DNA of 64,000 nt from the NCBI GenBank assembly GCA_029261455.1, contig JAJDBH010000116.1, positions 1,870 through 65,869 of the forward strand, given 5' to 3'. The stretch comes from Nitrospinaceae bacterium (GTDB taxonomy: Bacteria; Nitrospinota; Nitrospinia; Nitrospinales; VA-1). Shown one piece after another: positions 18,311 to 28,622 of the stretch (the stretch's first letter is position 1; each line of letters begins with the position of its first letter). A program made the translations under genes and the position numbers. The notes beneath the pieces were generated by a model. It was not told the origin of the DNA. It saw only the letters and a program-made list of their open reading frames with translations, and made no database searches.

Positions 18311-20226
18311 GAAAACAAATGTTCAAAAAATCCCATTATTTAATGATAGCTTTTATTTTATTATTTTTGACTGCTTGGCCTGCAAATTCTGCAGTCCTGC
18401 TGGGAGACCATCAACAATCGTCTTCATCGGGCATTAATGGGGATAAAAGGACAGCTCCATTAATGATGTTGGCTCAAAACCAGAGCGGGGGCACAAGTAG
18501 TATGCCTTTGGGAGAAATTGTTTCTCTCAACACAAAAGAAGATGGGCAAAGCTCTATTGTTTCTATCGAATCTAATCAGTCTGTTCAATACACGGCGTTT
18601 AAACTTCTGAACCCGCTGCGACTCGTTTTAGATTTCCCGAAAATGGATAAAGGAAACCTGATCAGCCGCATTCAGGTTGATAAAGGGATCGTGAATTCCA
18701 TCCGCCCCATACATTTTAAAGAGGCGGGTGTATTGCGCTTGGAAATAGTTCTCAACCAATCAGCAGACTATGAAATTAAAAAACCCTCAAAAAACAAACT
18801 AATCGTTCGTCTGCAGTCTTCAGGGAAGGCGTCAGGTCAGGAAATGGCTCAGTTTCAGCCTGTGAAGGAGACAGCTTCTTCCAATGCCCCTATGAAAAGT
18901 GACGCATTATCTACATCATCTGTAGGAGAGAAGCTTGATGCGTATGATGCTGCTAAAGATACGTGTTATCCCATGTTATATGGAAAGAAAGAAACAGTTT
19001 CTCTGGATTTTCAAAACGCGGATGTCCGTAACCTTTTTAGAATATTTGCGGAAATAAGTGGATTCAATGTCATTCTTTCTCCTGAAGTAGGGGGTTCCGT
19101 AAATATTAGAATGATGGATGTGGCTTGGAATGAGGCGATGGAAATTATTCTCACCAACAGCAGTCTGGGACGGGAATGCTTTGGGAACAATATTGTTCGC
19201 ATTGTTACCAAAGCTGTTCTTCAGGCTGAGGATAGCGCTCGCGTTTCTGAAAAAGCCCGCGCGGTGGCCGACAGAGCCAATGAGCGTAATGCGCAAGACC
19301 TGGTCACCGAGGTGATTCGTATTGACAATGCAGATATTACCGAACTCTCAACGAGCCTTACTGCCTTAAAGAGTAGCCGCACTGACGCTCAAATTACCGT
19401 GGACACTCGTACGAATACACTAATTATAAATGATTTGCGTGAACATGTGGATGACATGCTTGCGACCGTAAGGGTTTTGGATGTTCCCACACCTCAGGTT
19501 TTGATTGAAGCAAAGCTTGTTGATATTACAAAAAATTTCAGCCAACAATTGGGAGTACAATGGGGCTTGACGGGTGATGTTTTTCCAAGCAACCCTAATT
19601 CTACGCTAATTTCCTCATCTACCCAGTCGACTTCTAATTTTTTAGTGGATTTAGCGGACACTACAAAAACATCTGCTGGAAGTAATGCGGGAATCGGTCT
19701 TTTGCTGGGAGATTTGATACCGGGGATGGCATTGAATCTCCAGCTGGAAGCTTTGGAGACCGAAAATAAAGCACGAGTACTTGCTTCCCCTAGAGTCATA
19801 GTTGCAGATAATAAGGAAGCTAGGATTGAAAGTGGAGAAACTATACCTTATCAGGTTAATTCGGCCGAGGGTAACTCCATCCAGTTTATCGATGCAGAGC
19901 TCAGTCTCAGGGTCACTCCTCATGTGACTTCTGATGGAAATGTTTATTTGACCATCGATACCACTAATAATAAAGACAGTGGAACAAGAATTCAAAATGT
20001 CCCAGTCATAACGACCAGTGAAACGCATACGGAAGTTTTAGTGGGGAATGGAGACACCACTGTTCTAGGAGGTATCTATAAAAGCAGCAAAAGTGAGAAC
20101 ACAGAGTCGGTCCCATTTTTCTCTAAAATACCCATATTGGGACTATTATTTGAAAGTTATAATGATGCCGATTTGATCTCTGAGCTTATGGTGTTTATCA
20201 CTCCTACCATCATTGAAACAAATTGA
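18307..20226 (+). CDS. pilQ: type IV pilus secretin PilQ
   Basis: AMIN domain (NPLRLVLDF), SLDFQNADVR, QVLIEAKLV, VPFFSKIPILGLLF and ELMVFITPTII. Confidence 0.95.
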   Translation: MRKQMFKKSHYLMIAFILLFLTAWPANSAVLLGDHQQSSSSGINGDKRTAPLMMLAQNQSGGTSSMPLGEIVSLNTKEDGQSSIVSIESNQSVQYTAFKLLNPLRLVLDFPKMDKGNLISRIQVDKGIVNSIRPIHFKEAGVLRLEIVLNQSADYEIKKPSKNKLIVRLQSSGKASGQEMAQFQPVKETASSNAPMKSDALSTSSVGEKLDAYDAAKDTCYPMLYGKKETVSLDFQNADVRNLFRIFAEISGFNVILSPEVGGSVNIRMMDVAWNEAMEIILTNSSLGRECFGNNIVRIVTKAVLQAEDSARVSEKARAVADRANERNAQDLVTEVIRIDNADITELSTSLTALKSSRTDAQITVDTRTNTLIINDLREHVDDMLATVRVLDVPTPQVLIEAKLVDITKNFSQQLGVQWGLTGDVFPSNPNSTLISSSTQSTSNFLVDLADTTKTSAGSNAGIGLLLGDLIPGMALNLQLEALETENKARVLASPRVIVADNKEARIESGETIPYQVNSAEGNSIQFIDAELSLRVTPHVTSDGNVYLTIDTTNNKDSGTRIQNVPVITTSETHTEVLVGNGDTTVLGGIYKSSKSENTESVPFFSKIPILGLLFESYNDADLISELMVFITPTIIETN

Positions 20227-20304
20227 ACCTAGCGCAAGAACAGGTTTTAATTAAGGTTGTTAAAACAGTTCTTATGGAAATTCTCAATAAAAGATAACAG
20301 GACT

Positions 20305-21375
20305 ATGCAACGATTAAATATCGACTTGGGTGAAAGAAGCTACGATATTCTCATAGGATCAGGTCTTAGAGCACAGGTAGGGGAGTTTCTAAAGTCTGTC
20401 CTTAAACCAAGCCGGATTGTAATAATCACCCATCCTTCGATTAACAGTCTATACGGTGAAGAAGTGGCAGATGGGTTTATCGCTCAAGGGTGGACCACCG
20501 ACATCATCGAAGTCCCTGAAGGCGAATCCTCGAAGAATCTGGGTCAGGCCGAAAAATTATATGACCGACTGCTCGAATTGAATTGCGATAGAAAATCTGT
20601 TCTGGTTGCTTTAGGTGGCGGGGTGATTGGTGACCTCGTGGGTTTTGTCGCGGCAACCTATCAGAGGGGAATTCCTTTCGTACAAGTGCCAACGACTTTA
20701 CTTTCTCAGGTCGACAGTAGTGTTGGAGGGAAAACAGCGGTCAATCATCCCAAGGGAAAAAATATGATTGGGGCATTTTACCAACCACGCCTGGTAGTGG
20801 CAGACCTGGAAACTCTCAGAACGCTTCCGCAGAAAGAATTTAGGGCAGGCTTGGCGGAGGTTGTTAAATATGGAGTCATCGCCGATGAGAATTTTTTTGA
20901 ATTTTTAGAAACCCGCTATGAGAAAATTCTCAATCTTGACTCAGAATGCCTTTCTCATATCATAGAGACCTCCTGTTCTATAAAAGCAAGGGTGGTTGAA
21001 AAGGATGAGAGGGAAAGCCATTATCGAATGATTCTCAATTTCGGTCATACATTTGGTCACGCTATTGAATCATTGACGGAGTACTCCCGGTTTATCCATG
21101 GAGAGGCAGTATCTATGGGTATGGTGCGCGCGGCACAGCTGTCTCATTCAGTTGGGAAATGTTCGGAAGAGACCCCGAATCGCCTGGAAGCGTTACTAAA
21201 AAATTTAGGCCTGCCGGTAGATATGCCGGAATTGGATTCTTCAGCCGTGCTTGAATCTTTGTATCACGACAAGAAGACCATGGACCGTAAAATAAAATTT
21301 ATTTTAGTTAATGATATAGGTTCTATCGAAATCGTAGATCAAGTGTCAGAAGTGGAAATTTTAAAAGTCCTTTGA
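20305..21375 (+). CDS. aroB: 3-dehydroquinate synthase
   Basis: GGGVIGDL, PTTLLSQVDSSVGGKTAVN, LNFGHTFGHAIE and HGEAV. Confidence 0.95.
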   Translation: MQRLNIDLGERSYDILIGSGLRAQVGEFLKSVLKPSRIVIITHPSINSLYGEEVADGFIAQGWTTDIIEVPEGESSKNLGQAEKLYDRLLELNCDRKSVLVALGGGVIGDLVGFVAATYQRGIPFVQVPTTLLSQVDSSVGGKTAVNHPKGKNMIGAFYQPRLVVADLETLRTLPQKEFRAGLAEVVKYGVIADENFFEFLETRYEKILNLDSECLSHIIETSCSIKARVVEKDERESHYRMILNFGHTFGHAIESLTEYSRFIHGEAVSMGMVRAAQLSHSVGKCSEETPNRLEALLKNLGLPVDMPELDSSAVLESLYHDKKTMDRKIKFILVNDIGSIEIVDQVSEVEILKVL

Positions 21376-21396
21376 GTCGGTTATCAGGATTAAAGC

Positions 21397-22056
21397 ATGT
21401 TAGCCAGACAAACATTTTTGAAATCAGTATTGGTTTTTATCGCATTGATATGGGTCGTCGATGCAGAAGCCGCGATTTATAAATGGAAAGATGATAAAGG
21501 TAAAACCTTTTTCACCGATGACCCCACCAAGGTTCCGGAAGCCTACCGTAAAAAACCTTTTATAAATAGTTCCTCAAAACCCAAGGAAAAAGAATTTACG
21601 GTTGATAAAGTTGATGTGCCCAGCAAAAAAGGTGACATCGAAAGTAAAAAAAAGGAAGGTGACGAGAAGGAAGGTTTAACAGAAGCGCAACGTTCTGATG
21701 CAGAAGCCATACGGGTTTATTTAAAAGTAGCTATCCCCCGATACGAAAAATATTATAAAACTCCGGCCAGTCGGCAAAAATTCGGCGTTCTAAAAGCAGA
21801 AATTGCAGAGAATGTGCCTTCAAAAAAGTCTCTTTTTGAGCAAGTCAGTAAGCACGACATTCCTTTGTTTCAAGGGATTTCAGGGTTTTTAAAAACGAGT
21901 ATCGACGAAGATGAAAAAACCGAAAAATTAGTGCGTCCTTCCAAGTACACGGTCAAGAAAAGAACTTGGCTAATAATAAAGCGATTGAAATCTGAGGCTG
22001 AGCAGGAAAAACAGTTTTTGGAAAAACTTACCGCTGCCCTCGACGAAAAAAAATAA
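21397..22056 (+). CDS. exported DUF4124-domain protein
   Basis: Signal peptide followed by IYKWKDDKGKTFFTDDP. Confidence 0.75.
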   Translation: MLARQTFLKSVLVFIALIWVVDAEAAIYKWKDDKGKTFFTDDPTKVPEAYRKKPFINSSSKPKEKEFTVDKVDVPSKKGDIESKKKEGDEKEGLTEAQRSDAEAIRVYLKVAIPRYEKYYKTPASRQKFGVLKAEIAENVPSKKSLFEQVSKHDIPLFQGISGFLKTSIDEDEKTEKLVRPSKYTVKKRTWLIIKRLKSEAEQEKQFLEKLTAALDEKK

Positions 22057-22252
22057 TTCTCAGTTTTATAATATAATTAAAGTCCTATACCTTTTTAGCT
22101 TCAGCGAGACATGGGGTCTTTATTGGGAAACTGTTCTCTTTCCACTCAGTTTCCTTGCCAATCCTCAGTTGCGGGGTTAAATTGATAATGGCGGACGATG
22201 TAGATCGTCCTGTCTTTTATAATTTTTCTGCAATCCCTTGGAGGATACGACC

Positions 22253-23740
22253 ATGGCAATCAAAACCTATAAAAATTTTATAGATGGGAAATGGGTAGCT
22301 TCTTCCAGCGGTGAGACCTTTGATAATATTAACCCCGCTAACCATAAAGAAATTCTCGGACGTTTTCAGAAATCCAATGCAAGTGACCTGAACAAAGCCG
22401 TGAAATCAGCCGTCAAGGCTCAGGAAGGATGGAGAAACCTCCCCGCACCGAAGCGCGGAGAAATTCTTTTCCGGGTGGGTGAGTTGTTGGTCAAACATAA
22501 AGAATCGCTAGCAAAGGATATGACTCGTGAAATGGGAAAAGTCCTTAACGAAACCCGTGGCGATGTTCAGGAGGCAATTGACCTGACCTATTACACAGCG
22601 GGAGAAGGCAGACGATTGCTAGGAGAAACCGTACCCTCTGAACTGAATAACAAGTTTTGTATGACGGTACGAATGCCGGTGGGAGTGGTGGCGGCAATCA
22701 CTCCTTGGAATTTTCCCATTGCTATTCCATCCTGGAAACTGATTCCTGCTTTGGTTTGCGGTAATACCGTAGTGTTCAAGCCAGCTAGTGATACCCCTCT
22801 TTCGGCGTATCGTTTTGTGAAGCTCTTTGAAGAGGCAGGCTTGCCACCGGGAGTGCTAAACTTTGTCACCGGTTCAGGAACAGAAATCGGCGAACCTCTC
22901 ATAGAGCATCACAACATCAATCTGGTTTCTTTCACTGGCTCTACAGATACCGGAGCGGTGGTGGCACATAAATGTGCATGGAACATGAAACAATATTCCC
23001 TGGAGATGGGTGGAAAAAATGCCATCATCGTGATGGACGATGCCGATCTTGACCTTGCTGTAGAAGGCGTGATTTGGGGAGCGTTTGGGACGACCGGGCA
23101 GCGGTGTACGGCTTGTAGTCGTGTCATTGTGCATAAAAAAGTTCTGAGAAAATTTACCAGCCGCCTCCTCAAGCGAACTAAAACACTTCGGCTGGGAGAT
23201 GGGCTCAAAAACACCACCGATGTTGGGCCACTGATCAACGAGGCGCAACGCCAAAAGGTTTTGAGTTATTGCAAGCTGGGTGTGGAAGAAGGTGCAAAGT
23301 TGCTTCTTGGTGGCAATGTTTATAAAAAAGGTAATTGCCGAGGTGGGTTTTTCTTTGAGCCAACGTTGTTTGCGGGGGTGTCTCCAAAGATGCGTATTGC
23401 GCAGGAAGAAATATTCGGCCCGGTGTTAAGCATACTGGAATGCAAGAGCTTGGAGAACGCAGTGGAAATCGTCAACGACTCCAGGTTTGGCTTGTCATCG
23501 GCTATTTATACTCGGGATGTGAACCGGGCTTTTAAAGCTATTGAAAAACTCGATACAGGACTTACCTACATCAACTCTTCAACCATAGGGGCGGAAGTGC
23601 AACTGCCATTTGGAGGTACCAAGGGAACAGGCAACGGTCACCGCGAAGCCGGGACCACTGCGCTGGAAATTTTCACTGAATGGAAATCTGTTTTTGTCGA
23701 TTACAGTGGGGCTCTGCAAAAAGCCCAGATAGAGGACTGA
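22253..23740 (+). CDS. NAD-dependent aldehyde dehydrogenase
   Basis: [24 protein letters not shown] and EEIFGPV motifs; GGAGG RBS. Confidence 0.95.
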   Translation: MAIKTYKNFIDGKWVASSSGETFDNINPANHKEILGRFQKSNASDLNKAVKSAVKAQEGWRNLPAPKRGEILFRVGELLVKHKESLAKDMTREMGKVLNETRGDVQEAIDLTYYTAGEGRRLLGETVPSELNNKFCMTVRMPVGVVAAITPWNFPIAIPSWKLIPALVCGNTVVFKPASDTPLSAYRFVKLFEEAGLPPGVLNFVTGSGTEIGEPLIEHHNINLVSFTGSTDTGAVVAHKCAWNMKQYSLEMGGKNAIIVMDDADLDLAVEGVIWGAFGTTGQRCTACSRVIVHKKVLRKFTSRLLKRTKTLRLGDGLKNTTDVGPLINEAQRQKVLSYCKLGVEEGAKLLLGGNVYKKGNCRGGFFFEPTLFAGVSPKMRIAQEEIFGPVLSILECKSLENAVEIVNDSRFGLSSAIYTRDVNRAFKAIEKLDTGLTYINSSTIGAEVQLPFGGTKGTGNGHREAGTTALEIFTEWKSVFVDYSGALQKAQIED

Positions 23741-23883
23741 AAAAACCAATTTAAAAACTCCAATAGATTCGTGATTATTGATTAACGGTTTCTATGTTAG
23801 TATTCCTACCACCAGCCGCTACTCATTTTTGTAGCCACTGCCTGCAGTACTGCTGTAGTTCTTTGTGCATTAAGCAGAAGTGC

Positions 23884-24013
23884 CACGGAGAAAAGCTTTA
23901 ACCCTAAATCCAAAAGCGCAACGGCTCTTCTCCGATCAGGAGTTGATAGACCTATCGGCGGCCTCTCTCGCTTTCACGGAGAAAAGTTATCATCCAAATT
24001 CCAGAAGCACAGC
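23884..24013. repeat. two imperfect 39-nt direct repeats (91-nt period) in the intergenic region
   Basis: CACGGAGAAAAGCTTTAACCCTAAATCCAAAAGCGCAAC (23884) vs CACGGAGAAAAGTTATCATCCAAATTCCAGAAGCACAGC (23975); 30 of 39 positions identical. Confidence 0.75.
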
Positions 24014-24048
24014 CAAACAATTATGCGGAGCAGTCTGACTCTTCACGC

Positions 24049-24813
24049 TTGAAATTTTCTATATTATCCAGCGGTAGTGGTGGTAACTCGCTTTATATTG
24101 AGGCGGATGGAAAACGTATTTTGATTGATGCCGGGCTGAGCGAAAAAAAACTCTCTCAACGCATGGCTCATATTGACCGATCCTTCAGTGGGCTGGACGC
24201 GGTGTTCGCCACGCATGAACATTCTGACCACATTCGCGGAATAGGTCCGCTTTTAAGGAAACATCAGCTTCAGCTTTTCACGACTGAGGGAACTTATAGA
24301 CGAGCTGGCCATTCGATGGGAACGCTTCCCGGCTTCAATACAATCCGCGCTGATGAGCCGATTCAATTTGGTGAGTTGGTGGTGGAACCTTATGCCACTC
24401 CTCATGATGCAGAAGAATCGGTGGCTTTTGTCATCCATTACCGGGGGTTGCGGCTGGGACTTGCCACCGACTTGGGGCAAGTAACAACAGAGGTCAAAAA
24501 TAAACTGCAAAAACTAGATGTCCTGCTCATCGAGTCTAATCACGATGTGGATATGCTGGACGCCGGACCTTATCCCTGGGTTACCAAGAGAAGAATTAAA
24601 AGCGATGTCGGGCATCTTTCCAATGAAGCCTGTGGTGAATTATTATCATCGGTCACACATTCAGGATTGCGGCTCGTCGTGTTGATGCATATGAGCGAAA
24701 CTAATAATCACCCAGAACTGGCTCGGATCACAGCTCGTCAGGCTTTGGGTCAAGACACCCCTGAATTGATTATCGCGGAACAAAATCACCCCACCCCGTT
24801 AATGGCGTTATAG
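24049..24813 (+). CDS. MBL-fold metallo-hydrolase (YycJ/WalJ-like)
   Basis: SGSGGNS, THEHSDH, ESNHD, GHLSN and HMSETNN motifs. Confidence 0.9.
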   Translation: MKFSILSSGSGGNSLYIEADGKRILIDAGLSEKKLSQRMAHIDRSFSGLDAVFATHEHSDHIRGIGPLLRKHQLQLFTTEGTYRRAGHSMGTLPGFNTIRADEPIQFGELVVEPYATPHDAEESVAFVIHYRGLRLGLATDLGQVTTEVKNKLQKLDVLLIESNHDVDMLDAGPYPWVTKRRIKSDVGHLSNEACGELLSSVTHSGLRLVVLMHMSETNNHPELARITARQALGQDTPELIIAEQNHPTPLMAL

Positions 24814-24950
24814 CAGGCGAGCGGCCGGTGGCAATTTTGCAATTGCTCTGTTTGGCGAGTAAGCAGTCATCCCGACTGAAAAAGGTTTTAGCTCCTTTAT
24901 TTTTAAAGAGGCCTAGGGTGATTAACCTTCAGGGTGTGGCTCAATAATTT

Positions 24951-26261
24951 ATGAATGATATTCGAGATAAAGTAATAGGCAGTTTTTTTGGCATGGCAGT
25001 TGGCGATGCCATGGGCCGACCTGCGAAAGGGTTGAAGTCCGCCGCCGTCCAGCAGATTTTCGGAGCGATGGATGATTTTAAAGATGTGCGCCCGATTATG
25101 GGAAAGGGAATTAAAAATTATCGCATGCAAGGGCTGTATGGCGCACCTACCCAATGCGCTCTGGCAGTGGGCGATGCCTTGCTTGAAAACAAAAAACAGT
25201 TCCTGCAAAAATCGGTCAAAAACTTTCAGGAACTTGCAAAATCCGGCCCAGAAGGTTATTTCGGGATTTACCGCAATCACTCGGCCTGTTTGTGGCGAGC
25301 GGTGGACCTGTTAGAAGGCGAACTGGTCTCAGCGCAGAACTCTTCAACCTCCTTATTTGTCAATTTGGCCGTTCCCTTGGCCCTGTTCCAAGGGAAATGG
25401 TCTAAAACTTTAGCCGGGCAATGTTTTGATGTTTGCTTGTTGATGAGTCAAAACCGGTTTGAAGTTGTGGGAACCGTACTAACTGGATTTTTAGTGACCC
25501 GGTTTTTGGCCCTGGATTCCGAAGAGAACCCTCTGGTGCCTTTAGATATTTTGCAGGAGGCGGAAGAAGTATGTCGCCAGGCAGAAGAGGAGTATCAGCA
25601 AAGATTCCCATCGTCGGAGGATGGGGGCATTAAAGGGGCAGACGCTATGAGCGGTGCCTTGAAAGGTTTAGCTGAAAAATTTCACGAACCGGATGCCCTG
25701 CAATGGCTCTGCGAATATTCTAACCCTTTCACCAAACAAGAAATTCATCACCCTTCGCAAGGGTTTGTGATGAACTTGCTCCCTCTCGCATTATATTGCG
25801 TGCTTCATCCATCCGAACCGAATTTTGCTTCTACCCTCACGCATTCCCTGAGTCATGGTCGAGAAACGGAAATGCTGGGTGCCTTGGTGGGAGCCTGGGC
25901 CGGAGCACTGTATGGATTCGATAATATCCCGCTTTCCTGGAAAAGTGGATTGGTCAATGCGAAGGAAATCCGATTGCGAGCAGAAGCCTTGTCGGTTCGA
26001 CGCGGGAAAAAAGAGCAAAAAGACCTATTCAATATGGAATCGGGGCTGACCATCAAGGAGTTTGAAGAAGGCAAACGCAACTTGCCAAAAGGAACGAAAA
26101 AAGGGATTCAGCTAAATTCATCGGATCTCTGGGATGATGAGGAAGAGGAGTCTTCTATGCCATCGAAAGAGGATAGAGCTCAATGGAGGCAATTCCAGAA
26201 AGAAAAAACCAAATCAAAACGGGACCGCCGTAAAAATATTCCATCTTTGGACGATACTTAG
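24951..26261 (+). CDS. ADP-ribosylglycohydrolase-fold protein with degenerate metal-binding motifs
   Basis: GMAVGDAMG and GALVGAWAGALYGFDNIP..W are retained; the TDDT and DTDT motifs are replaced. Confidence 0.75.
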   Translation: MNDIRDKVIGSFFGMAVGDAMGRPAKGLKSAAVQQIFGAMDDFKDVRPIMGKGIKNYRMQGLYGAPTQCALAVGDALLENKKQFLQKSVKNFQELAKSGPEGYFGIYRNHSACLWRAVDLLEGELVSAQNSSTSLFVNLAVPLALFQGKWSKTLAGQCFDVCLLMSQNRFEVVGTVLTGFLVTRFLALDSEENPLVPLDILQEAEEVCRQAEEEYQQRFPSSEDGGIKGADAMSGALKGLAEKFHEPDALQWLCEYSNPFTKQEIHHPSQGFVMNLLPLALYCVLHPSEPNFASTLTHSLSHGRETEMLGALVGAWAGALYGFDNIPLSWKSGLVNAKEIRLRAEALSVRRGKKEQKDLFNMESGLTIKEFEEGKRNLPKGTKKGIQLNSSDLWDDEEEESSMPSKEDRAQWRQFQKEKTKSKRDRRKNIPSLDDT

Positions 26262-26447
26262 CTGTTATTGGGCGAAAAACTGACGGAAAAACAAACCCCT
26301 TCCTCCTCCCCCTGGACTGCCAGTAACCCCTTAAATGATTGAAACTAAATGTTTAATTTTTTTGCGTTTGGGGTTACAATACGAACATCCCATAGCCTGA
26401 GTATTGGATTTTTATCCAAGGCCTTTTGAATTTGGAAGGAGAAACCG

Positions 26448-27071
26448 GTGAATATTTTAGTTTCATTTATTTTTTGTTTGATGCTCCCTGCGGGGGTGTT
26501 GGCAGATACGAAGCCGACTGAAAATCCAGCCGCTAAACCTACCACAATGGCGAAGGCGGAAATTGCTAAAGAGCCAGCCGTTAAGTCCAATGTTCCGGCT
26601 GAAAAAAATGCAAAACAAGCCCCAGCAAAGGCCGAGAAGAAAAAACCGGAAGGACTGGTCATAGGCAAAAACCTCAAAGTAGGGATGTCTTTGGAAGAAG
26701 CGATTAAATTGCTTGGTATTCCTCGCTCCATCAAGGTCAAGCGTGGAACGGAATCGACACTCGATAGCATTTCTATTGAATATGCTAGCCATGGAGTTAT
26801 CATACATTTTCTGAATGGAAAAAGTAAAATTGAGGCTTTGGAAATTCAGCCCCAGTTTGCAGGCCGCTTTGCGGACGGTGTCAAAATGGGAGCAAAGGTT
26901 GCGACTATGATTGACAAGTATGGAGTGCCTCAATCGATGAATGCGAGCTTGGCAAGATATCCTGCAAAAGGAATATATTTCTCCCTCAAAGAAAATGTAT
27001 TGATCGCGGCGCATGTCTTTGCCAAAAACAGCAAACTTCTCAGCCACCAACTCTACAAAAACCACCGCTAG
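26448..27071 (+). CDS. exported hypothetical protein with a Pro/Ala/Lys-rich linker
   Basis: Signal peptide; two related G-x-K-x-G...(L/Y)G-x-P units; GGAG RBS, GTG start. Confidence 0.7.
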   Translation: MNILVSFIFCLMLPAGVLADTKPTENPAAKPTTMAKAEIAKEPAVKSNVPAEKNAKQAPAKAEKKKPEGLVIGKNLKVGMSLEEAIKLLGIPRSIKVKRGTESTLDSISIEYASHGVIIHFLNGKSKIEALEIQPQFAGRFADGVKMGAKVATMIDKYGVPQSMNASLARYPAKGIYFSLKENVLIAAHVFAKNSKLLSHQLYKNHR

Positions 27072-27156
27072 GCGCGGGGCCAGTGTGCAAGGGCTTTATC
27101 TAGCGAACTAACATTCTTCTCGGCTGAAAAAGCTAGTTTACCACTTCCCTATATGA

Positions 27157-27175
27157 TCCCCCCTGATAAGGGAGG
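27157..27175. repeat. REP-like family A, copy 3
   Basis: TCCCCCCTGATAAGGGAGG; reverse complement of 35579-35597. Confidence 0.7.
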
Positions 27176-27233
27176 CTTTGCATAACCTATCATTTACTGG
27201 CTCACCCATCTGAATATTAAAAACTACACTATT

Positions 27234-27271
27234 CGTCGTCGCGAGCGACTGAAAGGAGCGTGGCGATCCAG
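27234..27271. repeat. REP-like family B, half copy
   Basis: CGTCGTCGCGAGCGACTGAAAGGAGCGTGGCGATCCAG. Confidence 0.7.
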
Positions 27272-27402
27272 TACCGTGATGCGTTCTCATTAGCCAGAGG
27301 GAAGTTTAGTTTTTGACGACCGCGCCAGTGTGACGCTGGACCCAATGAGCCGTAGTTTTTCTAGTCGAGTTCATCTTCTTGTACGCTCACTTAACGCTAT
27401 TA

Positions 27403-28620
27403 CTATTTGCCACCGGCGGCTCCGCCGGAGAGGGCGAATATTTCGTCTCGGGTGAGTTCGAAGTGAGCCCCTTGTTTTCCTGACTGCTGTGCAGTTTCCA
27501 GTAACAAAGAGTGTAGCAGAGGGTGTTGTGGTGAGTTGTTTTCTAAGAGCTCCAAGGCTTTATCTTCCTGCCCGTGTTCCAGATAGAGAGTAGACAATAG
27601 AAGTATCAGCAGGGGTCGATCTTCTGTTGTTTCCAGAGACTCCTCGTAGGTGCGTAAGAGATCCTGATATTCATCGGACTCCCTGAGAGCGATTTGTGAT
27701 CGAACCAGGCAGGATGTATTGCCGGTTTTTTGGAATCCGGTTTTCCAGATTTTTAACGCTTGTTTTTGTTTGCCAGACTCTAGATAGATATCGCCTAAAG
27801 ACAAATAAGCCGGTAAGCATTGTTCAGAAGTTCGAATTGCTTGTTTAAGTTCGGAAATAGCGTTGTCCCGGTTTCCTGCTTGCAGGTTTTTCTTGCCGAG
27901 TTCAAAAAGGAATTGGGCCAGATGGGTTTGTTCTTTTTTCAATTCCTCATTATTTTCCCGTAGAAGAGGCAAAATTCGTTTTTGCAGGACACATACTTTT
28001 TTCCAGTCTTCCTGCTTTGAATAAATATCACGAAGCTGAAGTAAGGGGGCGATCGTTCCCGGATTCATCGCTTGCATTTTTTGGAGCAGTGCAATTTCTT
28101 CGCTTTGGCGACCGGTTTTGGAATAGGTGTTAGCCAGATCAAAGAGGGCATGGATGTTTTGCGGTTCAAGGGTTAAAGCTTTTTTATGGAAAATTTCAGC
28201 CTGATCAGGTTTTCCAGTAGAAGATAAGATTCGACCCATCAGGTTGAGTGATCCGACATGCTCGGGTGATGTATCGAGGAGTTTCTCAATGATACTTTTT
28301 GCTTTATCGGTCTTGCCGCAGATGAAAAGACTTTCTCCCTTTTTGAATAGAATTTCAGTCTTGCTGATTTTTTTTGCGATTCGTTTTTTCTTGAAATTTA
28401 CTTTCCACCGCGCCAATGCGCTTTTAAAATTAAAAGTCCAGAACATGAAAACCGTAACGATCACACCGATAAGAATAGAACCTAGCAGAAGGAGAACGGT
28501 TGGCAACTTCAGCGATTGGTTTTGGGTGATATGAACTACGGAATCATGAGGGTTCAAGAACGCCGTATAAATGGAGAGCAGTGCAAAAATAAGGAAGACA
28601 ATGATTTGCTTCAAGGACAC
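27403..28620 (-). CDS. LapA-domain plus TPR (LapB-like) fusion protein
   Basis: Two N-terminal TMs with the LapA-like N-x(12)-LP..LLL..ILIG pattern, then about 8 TPRs. Confidence 0.7.
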   Translation of the reverse strand: MSLKQIIVFLIFALLSIYTAFLNPHDSVVHITQNQSLKLPTVLLLLGSILIGVIVTVFMFWTFNFKSALARWKVNFKKKRIAKKISKTEILFKKGESLFICGKTDKAKSIIEKLLDTSPEHVGSLNLMGRILSSTGKPDQAEIFHKKALTLEPQNIHALFDLANTYSKTGRQSEEIALLQKMQAMNPGTIAPLLQLRDIYSKQEDWKKVCVLQKRILPLLRENNEELKKEQTHLAQFLFELGKKNLQAGNRDNAISELKQAIRTSEQCLPAYLSLGDIYLESGKQKQALKIWKTGFQKTGNTSCLVRSQIALRESDEYQDLLRTYEESLETTEDRPLLILLLSTLYLEHGQEDKALELLENNSPQHPLLHSLLLETAQQSGKQGAHFELTRDEIFALSGGAAGGK

Positions 28621-28622
28621 GC

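Noticed and set aside
20226-20305. Missing aroK between pilQ and aroB
   Set aside because: Ordinary gene-order variation with no remnant visible; aroK may lie elsewhere.
23884-24013. Possible mini-CRISPR array
   Set aside because: Only two repeats, 23% divergent, non-palindromic, with a 52-nt spacer and no cas genes.
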